A stretch of 64,000 bases of DNA from Lytechinus pictus (GCF_037042905.1 NC_087252.1:38068001-38132000); one strand, 5' to 3'; counted from the first letter of the stretch, positions 50,479-62,091 are shown. Notes: generated by a model not told the origin, from the sequence alone. Made by a program: numbers and translations.

Positions 50479-51999
50479 AAATTGTTTTCATTCTGAAAGA
50501 AAAAAAAATAAGGAGTGGGCCTACGAGGTAACAATTATTTCATTTATTCATCCTTTTAAGACACTATACAAAAGCCCGTCACATTGTAAAATAATACAAA
50601 ACATACCGTAAATGCTAAAAGAAAGAATACAACAAAAAACGGTACGTTAGAAAATGTCATTCAAAATATGAAATTTTGTCTCTTTTTTTCTCAATCAAAT
50701 TTGTATTCCCGTTCAAGATTGATACAGTCCCGTATATGTCATATATTTCTCTTGTTATTTCAAGTTCATTATAATATTCAATAAAAGCATTATACCTTAT
50801 ATTTCTTGAATTGCCCCTTCCCCCTGTCTTTTGACTTTTCGTCGTCCCCCTTCGATTCGAATTGGATACGGCTGATACATTGTTATGAATACCTTTTTAT
50901 AGCCCCCAAACCCCATAAATTTCATTTCTTTATTTTTCCACATAACAAAATCAAAATCGCAACAACAAAAAAAATCAGAAAGCGGTGATATGAATAAAAA
51001 AAAAAGAGAGACATATCTGAGTAAGAGAAGCACAAAAATACTACATATTGAGTGGGTGGAAAAAGTTATCAGGGCTACCAATGGCTATCCCAAACAAAAT
51101 AACGATTATCTTATTGATAAACGTTTTCCCAATATATGAACACAAATAAATAATGTGCACGATCATATTTAAAAAAAAATGTGAGAGCAAAACGTCGTTA
51201 AAAGTTGAAGGAAAAATATGTTCGTATAGGACTTGTCAAATTTAATATCTATATACGTCTTTTTATAGCTCAAGCAGATAGGGCAACTCTTATGTCAGGA
51301 TTTAATTGGTTTAATCCATAGATTTTTGAAAATAGTTATAGGGGTAAAGTTTATTTTTAAGACTGGGGCTCACATTAACTGCAATGCGCGTAGCTTTGTA
51401 AATTTTAGGTCAACCAAGACTATGCGTATCGCAAAGAATTTCAACATCATTACAGTCGTGCATTCAAAAATATATATTGGCTCATCTCATTTCGAACGAT
51501 TAATTGTAGTATGTGTATTCTTAAATACCTTTAATAATTTTACAAACAAGTATGATTACTTAAAACTGTTCTTGTTATTTTATTACAAGGATATCCAAAT
51601 TGGTTAATGAACGTGCATTATTATCAAAATACTCAACCAAAACGTTATACTTGTCTCTGACTTGATTTTAAATAGATTATTGAGTAACATTGAATTCCGA
51701 TCACCAAGAAGCCCCTTGGTATATATATATACTTCTTGTTCTACCATAGCGTGTATTTAATTAGGCTTTAACTTATAATGGCGATTTTCATTTTGGCAAT
51801 ATCACTTGGGAAACACATATCAGCGCTGAACCACCAAACGAAACATTGGAATGTACCCAGCTATAGTGCACACATGCGAACATTCCCATTAAGTAATTGA
51901 ATCGTATGATTTAAAATATTAATTTACCTATCATTGTATACTTATTCAGTGTAAATGACGACAAGAAGTTCGAAGAAATGTACTACTGCTTCTACTACT

Positions 52000-52285
52000 A
52001 CTACTTCTACATATAATAATGATAATGATTATGATAACAATGGTAATAATAACAATAATAATAATTACAATAACAATAATAATAATAATAAAATAATAAT
52101 AATAATAAAGATAGTAAAAGTAATAGTAGTAATAATAAAAATAACAATGTGGGGTTTTTATAAATACAAAGTCTCCAAGAAAATAAATGATTAACTGAAG
52201 AGGAATAATCCAAGCTCAATCACACATCAGACAGAACAAACGGAGATAATGATGATAATAATGATAATGATAATAATTTAATAAT
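52000..52285. repeat. (AAT)n-rich microsatellite region
   Basis: Direct reading. Confidence 0.9.
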
Positions 52286-52705
52286 AAAAAAATAATAATA
52301 ATATTTACATTTATGCAATCTGTGTTTTTAAGCAATTGTAATCATTAATACCCCAGTTATTGGGTCCTGACATGCCCACACACAACGTCTGCACTTTCTC
52401 CACTCCCTGGGGGACATTCAAACAAGAGTTCTAAAACTCAATTGCTCAGCATACTACATAGGACATAGGCTTTCACATCCTACCGGATGGAGAGTGACAA
52501 GTGTATTTTTTAAAATAAAAAGTCATGGATGAAGAGTGAAACTAATACCACAATCTAATCTAAATAATATAATTGTATGTTTGACGTTCAGTCAGAGGGT
52601 ATCGGATATTTGGTACTAAAAGATATAACAAACTGTATGACTGCTTGACCATGTCATAAATTTTGTCAAATATTTTGCTTGTATATAGGGATTATAGGCA
52701 TTTAA

Positions 52706-53396
52706 CCCTTTGCGTGCGACGGGCTTCCACAGAAGCCCAGCGAGTCATTCACTTAGCTACGACGGGCTTCTACAGAAGCCGAGAAATGTTTGGTTTAATT
52801 CAATGAAGTTTTTCAGCTTTTTCGTAATTGTTATGTACTAAAACCTCTGCCACTATTTCCTGTATAAACCTATTTCGATAACAGATTGAAAAAAATATAC
52901 ACCTACGTGGGGAAAAATCACGAAAACTGGATATTATTTCAACTTTACCCGATTTTTTCGTTGGAGTCGGACGGGAAGGATAAATTTTGTGACGAGCACG
53001 TACGCGCGCGCATAAGGCCTGATCACGTGATTTCACGTGATTTGATCCATATCGTTCTGATAGATATACGCTAACATCTTTTCTGCAAGATTGTCACGTA
53101 ATAAGCTACGCGTTTATTCACCATTTTTATTTGTTTAATCAAGAAGATATCACTCTAGATAGAATGATATCTCATTGGTTTCATCGATCGATTGCATTTT
53201 CAGAAAAGCAAAAAGCTTGTAATGTCTTAGTACTTTGAGCTGATCTCGGTGCACTTTAGAACTTTTCCCCTCCCCATCATCCCTCTTCTTCTCATTATTT
53301 TTGTCTACCATTATGAAAAAAGGAGAAAAGAAAGCAGATTAGCACACCATTCATCTTCTGCTCTTTTCAAAAGGGGAACGTCCATGTAGTTCGTGA
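52706..53396. mobile_element. Left end of a piggyBac-like element, probable target of the Gypsy insertion
   Basis: TTAA|CCCTTTGCGTGC start and duplicated subterminal CGACGGGCTTC.ACAGAAGCC. No matching right end found. Confidence 0.45.
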
Positions 53397-53691
53397 TGTA
53401 GGGTGGCTACTGGAGTTAGCAATCAGTGTGTAGGCCCTATACTGTATAGTCAATGTGTGTGTAACAGAACATACAGAGAATCAATGAATTGAAGCATGTA
53501 CCGGTAATCCAGGTCAACTCCATGTCTTAACAAAGAAGTGAAATTCACAAAGACTGAGCAGATGAGTTGAATTGCATCTAACATTCCAACTTGTTTATAA
53601 AGAAAGTTCTCTGACCTATAGAATACTGAACTGCATCTAACCTGTACATGAAAATATAAAGTTCTCTGAACTATGGAAATAAGGCTCTACA
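53397..53691 (-). repeat. 3' LTR (295 bp, 160-bp internal deletion)
   Basis: Identical by eye to the 5' LTR except for loss of the 62117-62276 equivalent. Purine tract AAGAGAGAG just inside (~53697-53705). Confidence 0.95.
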
Positions 53692-56100
53692 TAATACTCT
53701 CTCTTACAGTAAAAATGTCCTCATTTTTCTTTAAATGGTCTATCTTCCCCATTTCTTTTTCTTTTAACCAACCTTCTTTTAAACCAAAATCAGTCTTGTA
53801 ATGTATTATTAAACATCATCATACAGTGTACACCAGACAAATTTTAACCTTTTTTTATATTAACAGCATTCATGTATTTAAAAAAAATATTGTGGAAAGG
53901 TTCTTGTAAAAAAAAAAACGACTTTGCAAAAATATTTGATTTGTGTATTTTCTTTTAAATCATGAAAAATACTAGTAAACTAAGATGTTTGAGACCTAGC
54001 ATACACAAATCCTCAAGATAACAAGTTCCTGAATAGAAAACAACAGCCATTCCCAAAATATGAAAATAAAATGCATGGAAATGAATCCCTGAAAGAATAC
54101 TGCATTTTCATGTTTTCATTTTTTTTTTTTTTTTTAAGAAATTGGGAAATCTATTTAAGATTTCATTGTCAGAAGAAATTTTTTTTTCTCCAAATATTGT
54201 CAGAAGAAATTTTTTTTTCCAAATGTTGAAAAATAACTCAATTCACTATGAAAGTTGTCATGAAATGAGATACGAAATCATCTTAAACAAGTATCCCCTT
54301 CAATGCAATCAAACATATGTACTGTGTACTGATAAAAAGTTGATGTTCCAAACAAAACTATGTGCAAGGGCACCATATTTATCATTTTGAACTTACCACG
54401 AAAATGCAGTTAATAAACATGTTTTCAAAAACACAAACAAATTTGCTATGACCAGGTAGCTTTCGCTTTCTACTATACTACACAGGTCAATGACCATTGT
54501 CAGTTCTGCAAACATCAGCTCCAAATTGGAAAAAAAATATTTTAGTACAATTCAAGCTTAATGATGAAAATCTTATTGTTCAATGCCTTCAGAACTTGCT
54601 TTATACTAACATATGGATATTGAAATTTGCAACATCATACCATTGTACTCTGACGCTACCCTCCAAAATACACCATTGCAAGGCCACAAACCTTAAAACA
54701 AGCACTGTACATTCAACTCTGCATTTGCTAACTGCACCAGTGATAAATGTTTCTTTTGTAAAATCACTGTTAGCTGGCAAAGTACTAATCGCTGGTAGGT
54801 CATGTACAGTAAATTCTGCATTACAAGTAAATTCAAAATGTGTAGATATCTGTTTCCCCATTTCAAAATCCTTGATAATTTTCTAAAGAAAACTTTACTT
54901 TTCCATAGTGAATATTCCAACTTCTATTGTATTTTTCACCAAAAAAACAAAAACAAAATGACAAACAGTTAAATTTGTGCAACATTGCAATGGTATAAAA
55001 TTTGGCCTAAAAAAAAAAAAAAGTGAAAGAACCTATTCAGCAAGCCATATGTCTCTTTGGTATCTTACTAATGATTTTTTTTTTAATGGCTTTCTGAACA
55101 CTTGTCCTAGATGTGAAGTGATTTCCTTTCACAAAGCTACAAACCATGACAAGAACTTTTTTCTATTTTCCATGTATTAGAAATGGTTTTATACAGGTAT
55201 GAGTTATTATATTTCGTTAAAAAAAAATTGCCCTTTGGGGAAAATTATGAATTCCAATTCACAGGGTCTGTCTAATGGAAATTTTCCTTTTGGCATTGTA
55301 CACATAAAAGACACATAGAGCAATTCCCATCTATATTTATAACTATGATGGCTCGATTTGAGATCAAATGTGCTAAAAACAGTTTCTCTACATTTGCTAT
55401 GTATAGTATATTATATACCACTAAATATACCGTAGTCTCTACTGAGACGTTGTCTTGCTTCACGTCATCGTATACGCACTACAGTAGTGATGGTAGACAA
55501 TAGACATCATGCCATGATACACAAAGGTACCACCGGAATCAAGCCTAATTAAAGCTGGGTAGCATACTATTATGTTGCAAGTTTACTTCCTTCTATCCTC
55601 CATCCTAAAAGTAATCATTTTGGGATAACATTTGTATTTATCTAAAAAAATGTTTGTGCTATATTGTATTCTAAAGTAATGTTCAATAATCTTCATCCTG
55701 AAGTGATATTTTTCCATATCCAACAGCCGTTTTCACGCTTTCTATCCATATTCTTTGATTGACAATCATCATCCTTATTTTGATGAGAAAAAGTTCACGA
55801 AGACATTTTCGTATAAAATAACTGGTACATCCAACCAAGTTTTTATATCACATCATATGTTGAGGACGTTCATAATTATAATGTTAATAATTTGAAGAGT
55901 GGCCACCACTTTTAGGGGGATTAACCAAAATTAAAAAGAAGCTTTTATCCAAATACTATAAGTTGGCAATGTCAGGGATTACAAAAAAAGAAAAAGTATA
56001 CCCGTTTCTGTAAATTGCAATAGAAAAACAGTTGCTAAAGTAAAACGACGACTTCTCAGCCAATCAAAGTTATTCGCTTTTCCTTTTTGGTTTGGTGACA

Positions 56101-59100
56101 TCACGAAGTATCATAGTCCTTGAATCTCTTAGGCGGTTTTAATAAGCGTCCACTTCGTGATCGTCGTGGCGGTTGCTCAACATTTGCCTGACATGGCGGT
56201 ATCGGTAGTTGTTCTCCATCCTCTTGGGGGAAGGGGATGGGTATCAGGTTTCCCTCGTCTGCCTGGGGGGCAGGCATTGGTAGTTGTTCTCCATCCTCTT
56301 GGGGGAAGGGGATGGGTATCAGGTTTCTCTGGTCTGCCTGGGGGGCAGGCATTGGTAATTGCTCTCCATCCTCTTGGGGGAAGGGGATGGGTATCAGGTT
56401 TCTCTGGTCTGCCTGGGGGGCAGGCATTGGTAAGTGCCCCTGGTCCGCCTGGTTGGGTGGAATTGGTAGTTGACCCTCATATGCCCGGCGGGGTGGAATT
56501 GGTAGTCGACCCTCGTCCGGCTGGCGGGGTGGAATTGGTAGTTGACCCTCGTCTGCCCGGCGGGGTGGAATTGGTAGTTGACCCTCGTCTACCCGGCGGG
56601 GTGGAATTGGTGGTATTTGTGGTTGCCACCAAATATCAAAAGAGTCTGCAGGCCTATTGGAGGATGTAGACCTGTTAAGGGAGGAAAATGGTATATTAAA
56701 GGGGGGAGAAAGTGTACCGAAGGAGGAAGTAGCTTTACCGAAGGAGGAAGTAGCTTTACTGAAGGAGGAAGTAGGAGTTCCCATCCTCGACCTGAACGGC
56801 TTCAAACGATTGTGGTGTACAATCTTTACATCTCCGTTCCTAGAAATCTTGTAGTTCAGTCCCTCAGTACATGATGATAGAACTTTATATGGTCCCTTCC
56901 AATTCGGCTCTAGCTTGTTCCGCACGTTCACCGGATCGTGTAACCAAACCAGGTCACCTGCGGAATAATTGATAGTCCTATTTCTCTTGTCATAATATTC
57001 CTGTTGGGCTACCTGTGCTCTCCTAGTATGCTCCTTCACAAATCTAAAGGCTTTAGACAGACGTTTATTCAGTGAATCTGTATAACCTTCTGGAGTAGAA
57101 GTAGGATGTGAGGTAGCTGCTGGCGTTGGGAAGTTGACGTTGGCTGGAGTCCTAGCCTCTCGTCCATGCATTATGAAGTAGGGTGATAACCCAGTGGTAG
57201 AATGCACACTAGAGTTATATGCCAATTGAAGTTGGTGTAAATGGCTATCCCAGTCTCCACCTTGGTCTGCAATGTACTTGGCTAGTTGATCTTTCAGGAC
57301 TCTATTGGCTCTCTCCACAAGACCTGCACCCTGAGGGTGGTATGGGGAGGACCTTGTTTTCTCTATTCCCAGATTTTTACATAATTCTTGCACAAGTTTG
57401 GATTCAAACTGCCTTCCTTGGTCTGTGTGCAGGCTTTCAGGCACTCCATGTTCTTGGATGTAATCTTCAAAAATGTGCCTTGCCACTGTCTGTGCTGTCT
57501 GGTCTTTCATAGCGTACACGTTCAAGTATTTGCTGAAGTGATCCACTACCACCAGCAGATATTGATATCCGTTCCTAGATCTTGGGAGTTGTGCTATATC
57601 AGCAAACACCTTCTCTAGAGGACGTGTAGTGGTAATGGTCATCAGCTTTGCTCTGTATTGTGGATTTGGAAGGCGAAAAGATTCACATGCCTTACAGGTG
57701 TTAACATAATCCACTATATCCTTATGCATATAAGGCCAGTAAAATGATGCATGAGCTCTCTGCAATGTACGTTGTGCAGCAAAATGTCCAGACGAAGGAT
57801 GACCATGCAAATTATGTAGAACTCTCTGTAATAATGATTTTGGGATTACAGTTTGGTAAGTGTATATCTCTCTAGGCTTGTCATAGGTCTTCCTACATAA
57901 GATGCCTTGCTTAATCACAAGACGAGGGAGCTGCCAAAGTAGTCGTCGCATACAAGCAGATTGTTGGCGACGTTCTTTCCAAGTAGGGTGATACCCATCT
58001 TTGACATACTCCATAACCTTAGAGATGTCTTCATCTAACCGTTGGTGTTGAAGTAGGTCGAGGTCAGAAATCAAATCACCATGTGGTCTCTTCTCGATGT
58101 CAGGAAGATTGTTTGCCTGAGTTTCATCACATTTAACTGATGTAGGTTGAATGTATGTAGTTCGAGTACCAGTAGTAGATGACGGTAATGAAAGAGGCTG
58201 GTGAACCGTCTGAGTACCAGTAGTCTTGGATGTAGAGGGAGGATGAATATTTAGATCAACCTTCTCCTTGGATGTTTTCCTCACCGCATCGCACTCAACA
58301 GATTCCTGTTTCGTACCGTTTCTTTGACCATCTAAGCGTCTTGACATAGCATCTGCATTTTGATGAGAACGACCACGTCTATGTTGTATGTCAAATGAGT
58401 AGGCATTCATCTCAACAATCCAACGCGCTCTTCTTCCCGTTGCATCATCCTGAATGGGGGCTTTCCTATAACCCAAAAGAGGTTGGTGGTCTGTCACAAT
58501 ATCGAAGTGTTGACCTCGAAGATAGTGCCTAAAATGTCTAATAGCACATACCATCGCCCACAATTCACGGTCATACGTAGACCACTTCTGCTGGGCTCTT
58601 GTCAGCATCTGACTGAAGTAGGCTATGACTCTCTCCTTTCCTTGCTGTACTTGTGAGAGGACAGCCCCAACTGCATCAAGTGAAGCATCTGTAGATAGGA
58701 TGAAACCATGACTAAAATCAGGATATGCTAGAAGAGGGGGACTAGTCAAAGCTGTTTTTAAGTGACAGAAAGCAGCGTCACACTCTGCGGTCCAGATGAA
58801 GGGTGTGCCCTTGTGAGTAAGCCTAGTCATTGGAGCTGCAATCTGTGAAAATCCAGGTATAAAGCGTCTGTAGAAAGAGGCTAAACCCAAGAATGATCTA
58901 ACATCAGTGGCAGTCTTTGGTTGTGGCCATCTAGTCACTTTCTCTGTATTACTAGGATCAGGGAGTACACCTTCTGAGCTGATTACATATCCAAGATATG
59001 TAACTTTCCTCTTGAAGAAGTGACATTTTGACGGTTTGAGTGTTAGTCCAGCATCACGAAAGCGATTAAACACTTCTTGTAGATTGTGTAGGTGATGATT

Positions 59101-60594
59101 AAAATCTCTTCCCACAACAATGCAGTCATCAAGATATACAAGACATGTAGACCAATGTAAGCGGTGAAGAACAATCTCCATTAAACGTTGAAATGTCATG
59201 GGAGCGTTCACTAACCCAAATGGCATCACGTTAAAATGGTAGAGACCACTGCCCGTGGTAAATGCGGTCTTCTCTTTGTCAGCAGGGTGCATTTTGACTT
59301 GCCAGTATCCACTGGACAAATCAATTACACTGAAGAAGGAAGACGCAGATAACGCATCTATGGAGTCATCCTGTCGAGGGATAGGATGTGAATCCCTAAT
59401 GGTAATGGCATTCAAAGCACGATAATCCACGCAAAATCTATAAGTATTATCCTTCTTGCGTACCATGACAATTGGACTAGCCCATGGGCTATGGCTTTCC
59501 TCAATGATATTGCGCTCAAGAAGATCATCAACTTGTCGTTGTATCTCTACTCTCATAGCTGGCGATGTTCGATAGGCTCGTTGTCTGATAGGCGTCTCTG
59601 TAGTTGTGTGGATTCTGTGATGGAGGAAGTCTGTTTCTCCAACATCTTCTGGAGCAGAGCTGAAAATATCACTGTAAGACTCAAGCAACTCTAAAGCTTG
59701 GCGTCGTTCACTCTCTGTCAAATCAGATTCAGCATCAATAAAGTTGGTGTGACTTTTAACTGTATCACTGACGTTATGAAGAGAGGAAGAAGCTGGAGGA
59801 GTTTTACAAGTCCCTGGTTGTATTGCACTAACAACATTGTACTCCTCTTCCTGGTCGCCTATCAAAGAATGAAATTGGCCTAAGTGTGTATCTGACTGTA
59901 ACTCTAAAGGCATCGAAGAAGGATTAACCAAGCGTACTAAGATTATCCCATTCTGAGCACTAGATAAAGATCTTGCTCCTGCTACTTCAAGCTTCTCATG
60001 AAGTGAGGGTTCAAATATCCCATCATAACCATGTGGAGTAAGATCAGCTTGCAATGATGTTAACTTCCCCTGTGCGTGTACCTCACTTAGAGGGGGTAGT
60101 GTCACTGTTCCTATCAAAGATACATTACAATGTAGGGGAGCTTGATGTTGACGATAATCAGCAAGGGGTATCTGAAGTCCAGGCATACTGAAGGAGGAAG
60201 TTGCTACAGATACCGTTGCCTCATGTCGAAGGAAAAAGTCCCAGCCGAGAATAAGGGGATGTGAAACATTCCGGGCAATGTAGAACTTGTGTTGAAGAGC
60301 CTTGTTACCCAGATGCAGGGAGGAGCAAACAGAACCTGTTATGTCCAGTGAATTCTCTGTAACAGAAGTAGCAGAAATTACTCCTTTCTGAATAGGACTT
60401 CTGTGAGGTGGAGGAATTGAATTAAAGAAGTCAGTACTCATTAACGATATGAATGACCCTGTATCTAGGTAGGCTAGAATATATGTCTTGTCAACAAGGA
60501 CAGGGATATAAGGAGATGGATGGTTGATTTTGGGGCCTGTTGTTGTAGTCTGAGCTGACGACTGACCCTCATCATCAGCTAATGAAAGTTTTCC
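56101..60594 (-). CDS. pol: Pol (PR-RT-RH-INT), -1 frame relative to Gag
   Basis: Protease YLDTGS (D at 60463-60465, upstream of the ORF-track start), RT YLDD, RH TDAS/TDH, INT HHCC + DDE + GPY, tail RSGRLLKPPKRFKDY. Confidence 0.95.
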   Translation of the reverse strand, partial: GKLSLADDEGQSSAQTTTTGPKINHPSPYIPVLVDKTYILAYLDTGSFISLMSTDFFNSIPPPHRSPIQKGVISATSVTENSLDITGSVCSSLHLGNKALQHKFYIARNVSHPLILGWDFFLRHEATVSVATSSFSMPGLQIPLADYRQHQAPLHCNVSLIGTVTLPPLSEVHAQGKLTSLQADLTPHGYDGIFEPSLHEKLEVAGARSLSSAQNGIILVRLVNPSSMPLELQSDTHLGQFHSLIGDQEEEYNVVSAIQPGTCKTPPASSSLHNVSDTVKSHTNFIDAESDLTESERRQALELLESYSDIFSSAPEDVGETDFLHHRIHTTTETPIRQRAYRTSPAMRVEIQRQVDDLLERNIIEESHSPWASPIVMVRKKDNTYRFCVDYRALNAITIRDSHPIPRQDDSIDALSASSFFSVIDLSSGYWQVKMHPADKEKTAFTTGSGLYHFNVMPFGLVNAPMTFQRLMEIVLHRLHWSTCLVYLDDCIVVGRDFNHHLHNLQEVFNRFRDAGLTLKPSKCHFFKRKVTYLGYVISSEGVLPDPSNTEKVTRWPQPKTATDVRSFLGLASFYRRFIPGFSQIAAPMTRLTHKGTPFIWTAECDAAFCHLKTALTSPPLLAYPDFSHGFILSTDASLDAVGAVLSQVQQGKERVIAYFSQMLTRAQQKWSTYDRELWAMVCAIRHFRHYLRGQHFDIVTDHQPLLGYRKAPIQDDATGRRARWIVEMNAYSFDIQHRRGRSHQNADAMSRRLDGQRNGTKQESVECDAVRKTSKEKVDLNIHPPSTSKTTGTQTVHQPLSLPSSTTGTRTTYIQPTSVKCDETQANNLPDIEKRPHGDLISDLDLLQHQRLDEDISKVMEYVKDGYHPTWKERRQQSACMRRLLWQLPRLVIKQGILCRKTYDKPREIYTYQTVIPKSLLQRVLHNLHGHPSSGHFAAQRTLQRAHASFYWPYMHKDIVDYVNTCKACESFRLPNPQYRAKLMTITTTRPLEKVFADIAQLPRSRNGYQYLLVVVDHFSKYLNVYAMKDQTAQTVARHIFEDYIQEHGVPESLHTDQGRQFESKLVQELCKNLGIEKTRSSPYHPQGAGLVERANRVLKDQLAKYIADQGGDWDSHLHQLQLAYNSSVHSTTGLSPYFIMHGREARTPANVNFPTPAATSHPTSTPEGYTDSLNKRLSKAFRFVKEHTRRAQVAQQEYYDKRNRTINYSAGDLVWLHDPVNVRNKLEPNWKGPYKVLSSCTEGLNYKISRNGDVKIVHHNRLKPFRSRMGTPTSSFSKATSSFGKATSSFGTLSPPFNIPFSSLNRSTSSNRPADSFDIWWQPQIPPIPPRRVDEGQLPIPPRRADEGQLPIPPRQPDEGRLPIPPRRAYEGQLPIPPNQADQGHLPMPAPQADQRNLIPIPFPQEDGEQLPMPAPQADQRNLIPIPFPQEDGEQLPMPAPQADEGNLIPIPFPQEDGEQLPIPPCQANVEQPPRRSRSGRLLKPPKRFKDYDTS
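60553..60594 (-). promoter_or_regulatory. -1 programmed ribosomal frameshift signal
   Basis: G GAA AAC heptamer (60594-60588), 7-nt spacer, stem-loop AGCTGATGA...TCGTCAGCT (60580-60553). Confidence 0.75.
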
Positions 60595-61715
60595 GATTGC
60601 CGGGAGAAGTGGACTCGACGAGGACTCTCGTCATGACGATAGGAAGTACGTTGCCCTGGATGTGTCTGCTCATACTTGTACCTCGAGTCATCATATCTAG
60701 AACGCCTGCCACTCTGGTCTCGAGGGCGTGTCTCATCATACATATATCTCGAGTCATCATAGTCAGGATGCCTTCCATTCCGATTTTGAGGGTATGTTTC
60801 CTCGTATCGGTACCTCGATTCACCATATCTCGAAGTAGGACACCTTCCTGGGCTCGGCGAGCGTCGGCCAAAATCCCTTCTTGAAGGACGATAAGAACTC
60901 CCAGGACTTGGAGAACGATGGGTATATGGGCTTGGTGAACGATGGGGATATGGGCTTGAAGAACGATGGGGATATGGGCTTGAAGAACGATGGGGATATG
61001 GGCTTGAAGAACGACGTCCCCCAAAAGTAGATCTAGGCCTGTATCTATCTGGCATACCACCATCCCGACTATTCTTTAGTTCCTTGACCTGCAAATCTAT
61101 CCTGTCTATCTTTTCCATTAATTTGTCCAATAAGGCATCATGGTCTACACTGGCGACTTGCGGTTTGAAAGGAGCTTCAGTCGATGGAGGATGCTGCATA
61201 GGGCTTTGGTGCAATGCTCTTTCCATCCTTACTGCAATCTGTAACGCCTCCTCTATTGTCTTTGCACCATGCTCTCGAACCTTCAACTGAAGAAATGGGT
61301 CAAGACCTGCAATGAAGCGTCTTAGATTCTCTCCATTTCTTGCTCTCTCTTCATAATCCGGAAACGCCTCTAATACAAGTTTCTGAACAATTGCAGCATA
61401 AACTTCTAAGGGCTCCTCAGTTGCTCTGGGTCTAGCTGCTGCATTTGTCCTAAAAATGTCTAGAAAACCTTTTCTGGAGAAGACTTGAGATAGTCTTGAT
61501 TTTGCTGCATCATAGTTATTTTTCACATCTGTGGGCATACCATCCCACAATGAGAATGCTGCGCCACCTAAGCGGGTTGGGAGAAACACTTCTTTCTTCA
61601 GGCCAGAAGTCGACCCCGACGCATCTAAAGCGACTTCAAATCTCTTTACCCACTGTTGAAAATCAGCTTCATGTTCTCCTGTAAAAACTTCAGGGAGCTC
61701 CAGGCGAAACATCAT
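60579..61715 (-). CDS. gag: Gag (start uncertain; frame is open to 61781)
   Basis: LPEVFTG...DFQQWVKRFE and RRFIAGL capsid-like region, coiled coil, Arg/Ser/Tyr-rich tail; no CCHC knuckle. Confidence 0.88.
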   Translation of the reverse strand: MMFRLELPEVFTGEHEADFQQWVKRFEVALDASGSTSGLKKEVFLPTRLGGAAFSLWDGMPTDVKNNYDAAKSRLSQVFSRKGFLDIFRTNAAARPRATEEPLEVYAAIVQKLVLEAFPDYEERARNGENLRRFIAGLDPFLQLKVREHGAKTIEEALQIAVRMERALHQSPMQHPPSTEAPFKPQVASVDHDALLDKLMEKIDRIDLQVKELKNSRDGGMPDRYRPRSTFGGRRSSSPYPHRSSSPYPHRSSSPYPHRSPSPYTHRSPSPGSSYRPSRRDFGRRSPSPGRCPTSRYGESRYRYEETYPQNRNGRHPDYDDSRYMYDETRPRDQSGRRSRYDDSRYKYEQTHPGQRTSYRHDESPRRVHFSRQSENFH

Positions 61716-62077
61716 GAAATATAGTAACAGCGAGATTATAGGCATAAGTAAAAGTAAAAGTCTCACCAGAGTAGATGACAATTAGTGTGAAGACATAAAT
61801 CCTATTCCTATCTCTGCAGAAAATACAATGTTCCAGAGTAGAGGGATCCAATAAGTTTTCACAATGATGGAGTAAATCTACTAATCACTGTAATGTATAA
61901 AGTATCCACTGAAGTATATGCACAGTCACGGAGTATCCAATGATGCACGAAGTAGAGTGATTCCACAAAGTATCCAAAGTGATGAAGGGAGACAGCTACT
62001 AAAACATCCAAAATAATCACGATGAAGGGAGAAAATTATAAATGACCAGCAAGAAAACACTGTAGAACACTGTAGAA

Positions 62078-62091
62078 CACCGCTGCTACCA
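62078..62091 (-). promoter_or_regulatory. Primer-binding site TGGTAGCAGCGGTG
   Basis: TGG-initiated, 2 nt inside the 5' LTR; complementary to a tRNA CCA end. Confidence 0.8.

Noticed and set aside
54497-54920. env or accessory ORF in the Gypsy 3' region; C/D snoRNA at ~54560-54655
   Set aside because: Short overlapping ORFs without signal peptide, TM or furin site; C/D boxes lack a convincing terminal stem or recognisable guide.
56157-56874. Antisense ORFs over the pol tail
   Set aside because: By-products of GC-rich in-frame tandem repeats.
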